NCBI GenBank assembly: GCA_963841435.1
Contig: CAWJCS010000006.1
Coordinates: 1,088,001-1,152,000, forward strand
Source of the DNA: an uncultured delta proteobacterium
Lineage (GTDB): Bacteria > Myxococcota_A > Polyangia > Polyangiales > Polyangiaceae
DNA length: 64,000 bases
Direction of reading: 5' to 3'
Shown: one piece after another, positions 58,491 to 64,000 of the stretch
How the letters are laid out: each line of letters starts with the position of its first letter
Numbering within the stretch: position 1 is the first letter of the stretch
Translations under genes and position numbers: made by a program
Notes under the pieces: generated by a model
Told to the model about the DNA's origin: nothing
Database searches by the model: none
The model's input: only the letters and a program-made list of their open reading frames with translations

Positions 58491-61400
58491 CTACTCGGCG
58501 GTGCTCGGCGCGCCGCGCTCTTCGGTGGCCGCCTTGGCCCGACGCCGGCCGCCGAAGAGGGCGCCGACGCGCGCGCCGAAACGCGGCAGCCACGCTTTCA
58601 GATTTTCGACCGTGAGATAGAACACGGGCACGACGATCAGCGACAAGAGCGTCGAGCTGATCACGCCGCCGATCACGGCGATGGCCATGGGGGCACGGAA
58701 TTCGCTGCCCTCGGCGCGGCTCGTCGCCGTCGGCAACATGCCGAGCACCATGGCGGCGCTCGTCATCAGGATCGGGCGCAGGCGCTCGGGCCCGGCCGTG
58801 AGGATGGCCTTGAACGGCGTGTAGCCGTGGTCGCGTACGTGCACGATGGCGCGATCGATGAGCAAAATGGCGTTCTTCGTCACGAGGCCCATGAGCAGCA
58901 CGATGCCGATCAACGCGCCCATCGCCATGGTGTTGTTGGTCAAGAACAGGCTCACGACGCCGCCGACGAGCGCGAGCGGCAAGGTCAGCATGATCGTCAG
59001 CGGGTGCACGAAGCTCTCGAACTGCGACGCGAGCACGATGTAGATGAACACCACACCGAGCATGAGCGCGATGGCCATGTTGGTGTTCGTCTCGTTCATC
59101 AGGCGCAGCTGCCCGTCGTAGGCGACGGAGATGCCCTCGCCGAGATTCGACTTTTCGATCTGTGGCTGGAATTCGCGCGCCACGTCGCCGAGCGGCCGCC
59201 CGATCGGGGTTGCCCAGAGCGTGATCTGACGCTGTCGGTTCTCGCGCTCGATCACCTGCGGGCCCTCGCTGCGCTCGAACGTCGCGATGTCGGAGAGCTT
59301 CACGGGACCGCGGCTCGTCTGGAGCGTGAGGTGCTTCAGGGATTCGGCGTCCCCGCGATACGCTTCCTCGAGGCGGACGCGAATCGGCACTTCGTCGCCA
59401 CCGTTGACGCGCAGGTTGCCGCTCTCGTCGCCCTCCATCGCCGTGCGCAGGCCGAGCGCGACCTCGGCCACGCTGAGCCCGCGATCCGCGGCCCGCTGCC
59501 GGTCGACCGCCACCTCGAGCTCGGGGCGGCCGGGCGAGTAGCGCACCTGGATGTCGGCCACCCCGGGCGTGTGCTTGAGGATCTTCTCGATCGTGCGCGC
59601 CGCCGCTTCGATGCGGGGAAATTCGTCGCCGCGCACGTTGATCATGATCGGCGCCTCGGTGGCGGCGCCCTCGACGAAGGGAGGGTCGGTCGCGGTCACG
59701 CGTGCGCCCGGAATGATCTGAGCCGCGTCGCGCCCCGCTCGCTTGAGCTCCGGCAAGGAAACCGTGCGCTCCGTCTTCGGCGTCGTCACCACGCGCCAGC
59801 GGATCTTGTTGGGCTCGCCATCGACGCCCACGGTCGACGCGAGCACCTTGATTTCGGGGTTCTTGAGCAGTCGCTGCTCGGCCACCGCCGCGAGGCGCGA
59901 CGTCTGGGCGAGCGCGGTGCCGGCGGGGAGCTCCGCCTCCACGACGAACTGGCTACGGTCCTCGGCGTTCACGAACTCGGAGCCCATGAGCGAGGTGATG
60001 TAGCCCATGAAAACCATGCTGCCGATCGCGAGCCCGCCCACGACGAGCTTGTGCCGCACGGCCCAGCCGAGCATGGCCTCGTAGGTCATCTCGACTTGCC
60101 GGAACACCCACTCGAAGGGTCTCTTCAGCCAGTCGAACGCGCCTCGCTCACCCGTCTTGATCTTCGAAAAGCGCGACGACAGCATCGGATCGAGCGTGAA
60201 CGCGACGAACAGCGAGATCGCGACGGCCGCCGAGATCGTGATGCCGAACTGACGGAAGAACTGTCCCACCATGCCTTTCACGAAGGCGACTGGGAGGAAC
60301 ACCGCGATGATGGTGAGGGTCGTCGCGAACACGCTGAGCGCCACCTCCTGCGTGCCGTCGAGCGCGGCCTGCATCGGCGGTTTGCCGCGCTCGATGTGCT
60401 TGAAGATGTTTTCGCGTACGACAACCGCGTCGTCGATCAACAGGCCGATCGCGAGCGAGAGCGCGAGCAGCGTCATCATGTTCAGCGTGAAGCCGAACAG
60501 GTACATCACGAAGAACGTCCCGATGACGCTCGTGGGCAACGCCACGGCGCTGATCAGCGTGGACCTCAGGTCCATCATGAACACGAGGATCACGAGCACC
60601 GCCATCAAGGCGCCGATGGCGATGTGGTGCTCGACGTGGCTCAGGTCGCGCTCGATGAAATGCGAGAGATCGATGAGCAGGGCGACGGTCGTGCCCTTCG
60701 GGAAGGTCGTCTCCAGGCCCGCGAGGCGCTCCTTAACGGCGTGGGCGACCTCGACCGTGTTCTTGCCGGACTGCTTGCGGACGTCGAAGGTGACGGCCTC
60801 GCTGCCGTTCACGCGCACGAGCGTGCGCTGGTCGGCGTAACCGTCGATCACCTGCGCCACGTCGGAGAGGCGCACGACGGAGCCGTCGCGCGCCGTCGCG
60901 ACGATGACGTTGCGGATCTGATCGACGCTCTTGAACTCGCCGACCGTGCGCACGCTGACCTCGCGCGAGCCTTCGTCGAAGTGGCCGGCCGGGACGTTGA
61001 GGTTCTCCGCGCGCAGGTGGGCGACGACCTGGCCCGGCGTCACGCCGAGTGCGTCGAGCTTGGGGCGGTTGAGCGACACGCGGACCTCGCGCTCGGAGCC
61101 GCCGCGAATGTCGACCGCCGCCACGCCCTCGACCTGCTCGAGCGCCGGGCGGATCACGTCGTCGGTGTATTGCCTGAGGTCGGCGAGCGAGCCGTGGCCG
61201 CGCACGGTGTACGTGAGGATCGGCGACGCCGACACGTCGAAGCGGCTGATGAGCGGCTCCTTCGTCTCGGTGGGGAGCTTGAAGCGCGCTTGCGAGACGC
61301 GCTCGCGCACCTGGGTGGCGGCGTCGCTCACGTCGGTGCCCAGCGTGAACAGCACGAACACGAGCGCCGAGCCCTCGCGCGAGAACGAGCGCACGCGGTC

Positions 61401-61631
61401 GATGCCGTTGATGCCGATCACGGCGTCTTCGATGGGCTTCGCGACGAGCGTCTCCACCTCGGCCGGGCTCGCGCCGGGGTAGGGGACCGTCACGGCGACG
61501 GCGGGGAACGAGACATCGGGAAACAGGTCCGAGCCGAGCCGGCCGAACGACACCACGCCGAGGACGAGCATGGCCACCGTGATCATCACGGTGAAGACCG
61601 GGCGCTTGATGGCGACGGAGGACAGGGTCAT
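58491..61631 (-). CDS. RND efflux permease (AcrB/AcrD/AcrF family)
   Basis: AIKRPV, GLLIDDAVVVREN, KNAILL, RLRPILMT. Confidence 0.95.
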   Translation of the reverse strand: MTLSSVAIKRPVFTVMITVAMLVLGVVSFGRLGSDLFPDVSFPAVAVTVPYPGASPAEVETLVAKPIEDAVIGINGIDRVRSFSREGSALVFVLFTLGTDVSDAATQVRERVSQARFKLPTETKEPLISRFDVSASPILTYTVRGHGSLADLRQYTDDVIRPALEQVEGVAAVDIRGGSEREVRVSLNRPKLDALGVTPGQVVAHLRAENLNVPAGHFDEGSREVSVRTVGEFKSVDQIRNVIVATARDGSVVRLSDVAQVIDGYADQRTLVRVNGSEAVTFDVRKQSGKNTVEVAHAVKERLAGLETTFPKGTTVALLIDLSHFIERDLSHVEHHIAIGALMAVLVILVFMMDLRSTLISAVALPTSVIGTFFVMYLFGFTLNMMTLLALSLAIGLLIDDAVVVRENIFKHIERGKPPMQAALDGTQEVALSVFATTLTIIAVFLPVAFVKGMVGQFFRQFGITISAAVAISLFVAFTLDPMLSSRFSKIKTGERGAFDWLKRPFEWVFRQVEMTYEAMLGWAVRHKLVVGGLAIGSMVFMGYITSLMGSEFVNAEDRSQFVVEAELPAGTALAQTSRLAAVAEQRLLKNPEIKVLASTVGVDGEPNKIRWRVVTTPKTERTVSLPELKRAGRDAAQIIPGARVTATDPPFVEGAATEAPIMINVRGDEFPRIEAAARTIEKILKHTPGVADIQVRYSPGRPELEVAVDRQRAADRGLSVAEVALGLRTAMEGDESGNLRVNGGDEVPIRVRLEEAYRGDAESLKHLTLQTSRGPVKLSDIATFERSEGPQVIERENRQRQITLWATPIGRPLGDVAREFQPQIEKSNLGEGISVAYDGQLRLMNETNTNMAIALMLGVVFIYIVLASQFESFVHPLTIMLTLPLALVGGVVSLFLTNNTMAMGALIGIVLLMGLVTKNAILLIDRAIVHVRDHGYTPFKAILTAGPERLRPILMTSAAMVLGMLPTATSRAEGSEFRAPMAIAVIGGVISSTLLSLIVVPVFYLTVENLKAWLPRFGARVGALFGGRRRAKAATEERGAPSTAE

Positions 61632-61641
61632 GAAACGCTCC

Positions 61642-62862
61642 TCACGGCTGCAGTGGCGCGGCTTTTTTGAGTTTTTCCTGCACGCGATCGCCGGCGTTCG
61701 CCTCGGCTCGCGGCGAGAGCACGACGTGCTCGTCCGAGCCGAGGCCGTGACGCACGAGCAGGGTGCCCTTCGGGCTCACCGAGTAGACGACGCGGCGCGA
61801 CGCGAGCACCTCGCCCGTGACGACGAGGATCTCGTCCTGCGCGCCCGGCTTGAGCACCTCGTGCGGCAGCTCCAGCACCGGGATCCCCTCGCCGCCCGCG
61901 ACGCGGGCGCGCACGAAGGTTCCCGCGCGCAAGAGGCCGCTCTCGTTGTCGATGGTCGCTTCGACGCGCACGCGGCGCGTCGACGGATCGACGCTGCCGA
62001 GCACGGCGCTGATGGTGCCGCTCACGGGGCCGCGCTCGGTGTCGACGCTGAGCTTCGAGCCTGGGCTCACGAGCGACGCGTCGTGCTCGCCGAGCGACCC
62101 CTTGAGTCTGAGGTGCGAAAGATCGACGAGCTCGAAGAGCGTCGTGCCAGGGCCCACGACGCCGCCGACGCCGTCCGGGGCGCGCGTGATGCTGCCCGCG
62201 AACGGAGCCGTCAGGCGGTGGTTGCCGAGCGTGACCTGGCCGAGCGACACTTGCGCGCGTGACGCGTCGAGTTGTGCGTTGGCGAGCGCCTTCTGCTGGG
62301 CGGTCTGCACGCCGGTCACTTCGGCTGCCGAGCCGCTCTGCACCATCGAGCTCGTGCGGCGTTCCTCGTCGGAGGCCAGTGCGAGCTGAGCCTCGGCGGC
62401 GCGGACCTGAGCCTCTGCGGCCTTGAGCTGAGCGGCGGCCTCGCCTGCGTCGAGCGAGGCGAGCAGCTGCCCGGTCTTGACGCTGTCACCGACCTTGACG
62501 GCGACGCGTGAGATGCGGCCACCGGTCTTGAACCCGAGCTCGGCGGATTGGCCGGCGGCGATCGTGCCGTCGATCTCGACGACGGGCCTCCAGGTGTTCG
62601 CGAGCGGGAGCACGGTCGTCACGGCGGGGACGGCATTCGTCTCGGCTGCGACGCGCTTCGCGTCCTCGTCGCGCTGACCGGCGATGGCCGCGCGCGTTTC
62701 CTTGGCGGACTGGATGCGCACTGCCGACCAGGCGAAGAATCCGCCGAGGGCGAGCACGCCGACCACGATGCCCACGAGGGGCGCGCGGGGGCGCTCGACG
62801 GTGGGGTCCGGCCGTGCCTTTGGGTCTTTCGTGGGGACGGAAGCTGAAACGCGTTGATCCAT
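61642..62862 (-). CDS. RND periplasmic adaptor (membrane fusion protein)
   Basis: GDSVKTGQLLASLD, LTAPFAG, VDPSTR. Confidence 0.92.
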   Translation of the reverse strand: MDQRVSASVPTKDPKARPDPTVERPRAPLVGIVVGVLALGGFFAWSAVRIQSAKETRAAIAGQRDEDAKRVAAETNAVPAVTTVLPLANTWRPVVEIDGTIAAGQSAELGFKTGGRISRVAVKVGDSVKTGQLLASLDAGEAAAQLKAAEAQVRAAEAQLALASDEERRTSSMVQSGSAAEVTGVQTAQQKALANAQLDASRAQVSLGQVTLGNHRLTAPFAGSITRAPDGVGGVVGPGTTLFELVDLSHLRLKGSLGEHDASLVSPGSKLSVDTERGPVSGTISAVLGSVDPSTRRVRVEATIDNESGLLRAGTFVRARVAGGEGIPVLELPHEVLKPGAQDEILVVTGEVLASRRVVYSVSPKGTLLVRHGLGSDEHVVLSPRAEANAGDRVQEKLKKAAPLQP

Positions 62863-62890
62863 GGGTCCTTCTCGACAGGTCGACGGCCGG

Positions 62891-63565
62891 CTAGGACGCC
62901 CGTGCCGGCTTTTCCGACAATCGGCGCGCGAACACGTTCTCGGCGGCTTTCACGAAACCGGGTTTGCCGAGCGAGCGCAGGCAGAGCCCCTGCGCGCCCA
63001 GCAGCCGCCGGCGCAGATCGGGCTTCTTTCGTTCACGCACGAGGCGGCGCGCCAGACGATCGTACCCGCCGGCGACGAACGCTGCCGCCTGGCGCGGGTC
63101 GATCTCCGGCCGGTAGTAGCCCTGCTCGACGCCAGAGCGGATCAGTCGCTCGGTCGTGTGCTCGGCGCCTTCGGCAAACACCTCGATGAGGTGCTGGTAG
63201 TCGGGGGATCCCCCGCCATCGAGCACGAGGCGCATGATGGCGCGGTGCTTCCAGATGCACTCGAAAATCTCGACGTCCCGATCGAGCCAGCCCTCGATCA
63301 TGCTCTCGAGTTCGACGTCGGCGCCCTGTTCGCGTGAGGCCTCAACGTCATGCAAGATCTGCCCGAGCTCGGCGAGGGCGCCGGCGAGGATCTCCTTGAA
63401 GGCGTCGTCCTTGGTGCGAAAATGCAAGTAGAAGGCGCCCTTCGAAAGCCCCGCTGCGTGCGTGATGTCCTCGACCTTGGCGCGGTCCAGACCTCGTTCG
63501 AGAAAGACGTCCCGTGCCGCCGCGAGGAGACGGGTGCGGGCTTTGGGATCGCTCGGACGGGCCAT
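62891..63565 (-). CDS. TetR/AcrR family regulator
   Basis: VEDITHAAGLSKGAFYLHFRTKD. Confidence 0.93.
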   Translation of the reverse strand: MARPSDPKARTRLLAAARDVFLERGLDRAKVEDITHAAGLSKGAFYLHFRTKDDAFKEILAGALAELGQILHDVEASREQGADVELESMIEGWLDRDVEIFECIWKHRAIMRLVLDGGGSPDYQHLIEVFAEGAEHTTERLIRSGVEQGYYRPEIDPRQAAAFVAGGYDRLARRLVRERKKPDLRRRLLGAQGLCLRSLGKPGFVKAAENVFARRLSEKPARAS

Positions 63566-63578
63566 GGGGGTCGGGGGA

Positions 63579-63596
63579 TGACTGACCGGTCAGTCA
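63579..63596. promoter_or_regulatory. TetR operator palindrome
   Basis: Perfect 18-bp TGACTGACCGGTCAGTCA, 13 bp upstream of tetR. Confidence 0.8.
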
Positions 63597-63631
63597 GTGA
63601 CCCGGAGTCAATAATTCCCAGGGTGCTTTCG

Positions 63632-64000
63632 TCAAGCCGGGTTGGCGCCATTGGTGCGCTTTTTTAGCGTCTGCAGCTCTACTTCAAATCCCCCGAGGTC
63701 AACCGACGGGCCGGCCACGAGGTCGAGGCGCAGGCCGGGGGCGAGCTGTCGGGCCAGCTCGGGCAGTGGGCAGAGCCAGACGAGGCGACCCCCCGGCACG
63801 AGCGCGCGGGAGGCTCGCTCGAGCACACGCTCGAGCAGGCCCGCGAGGCTGCGGTCGCGCGCCAGCCGCCGGCCCATCGGGGGGTTGGTGATGACGAGGG
63901 TGACGGGGCCGGGATTGTACGTTCTCGCGTCCGCGAGGCTCAACGTCGCAGGCACCTTGGCGGCGTCGAGGTTCGCGCGCGCGGCCTCGAGCGCGTTTTC
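63632..64000 (-). CDS. SAM-dependent (RNA) methyltransferase, 3' part
   Basis: ADA, VITNPPMG, LVPGGRL; runs off the window edge. Confidence 0.7.
   Translation of the reverse strand, partial: ENALEAARANLDAAKVPATLSLADARTYNPGPVTLVITNPPMGRRLARDRSLAGLLERVLERASRALVPGGRLVWLCPLPELARQLAPGLRLDLVAGPSVDLGGFEVELQTLKKRTNGANPA

Noticed and set aside
58827-61670. 947-aa plus-strand ORF (also 23525-24931 and similar)
   Set aside because: Antisense shadow of well-supported genes, typical of high-GC codon bias

Overview
High-GC bacterial DNA whose gene content (REC-EAL, DUF4398/OmpA pair, Pro/Ala-rich PilZ membrane protein, triple AIM24) suggests a myxobacterium; the taxonomy is inference. Main feature: a ~10.7 kb element integrated in tRNA-Asn(GTT), bounded by a 49-bp direct repeat (4410-4458 / 15126-15174). 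It has phage-satellite (PICI-like) architecture: tyrosine integrase, Xis-like HTH, Prim-Pol/AAA helicase followed by a CAGCAAG iteron origin, a TerS-like gene and small ORFs, with no recognisable capsid or tail genes. Its most unusual cargo is a NYN/LabA RNase gene preceded by its own promoter, a ~75-nt structured RNA and an intrinsic terminator, a layout like type III toxin-antitoxin systems. That cassette lies between two copies of a ~93-nt structured leader with compensatory base changes. Next to the element is a decayed zone (~15.2-20.4 kb) with an rve-type IS and broken AbiE-like type IV TA genes. The rest is mostly core or metabolic: sulfur-handling cluster, ada/alkA-ogt, oxyR-dps, nhaA, GH130, a non-canonical Fic protein, purL, AIM24 x3, hemW and a TetR-regulated RND pump. 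Several single-base frameshifts, including one in purL, are probably sequencing errors. All family calls are from motif recognition by eye; no searches were run.
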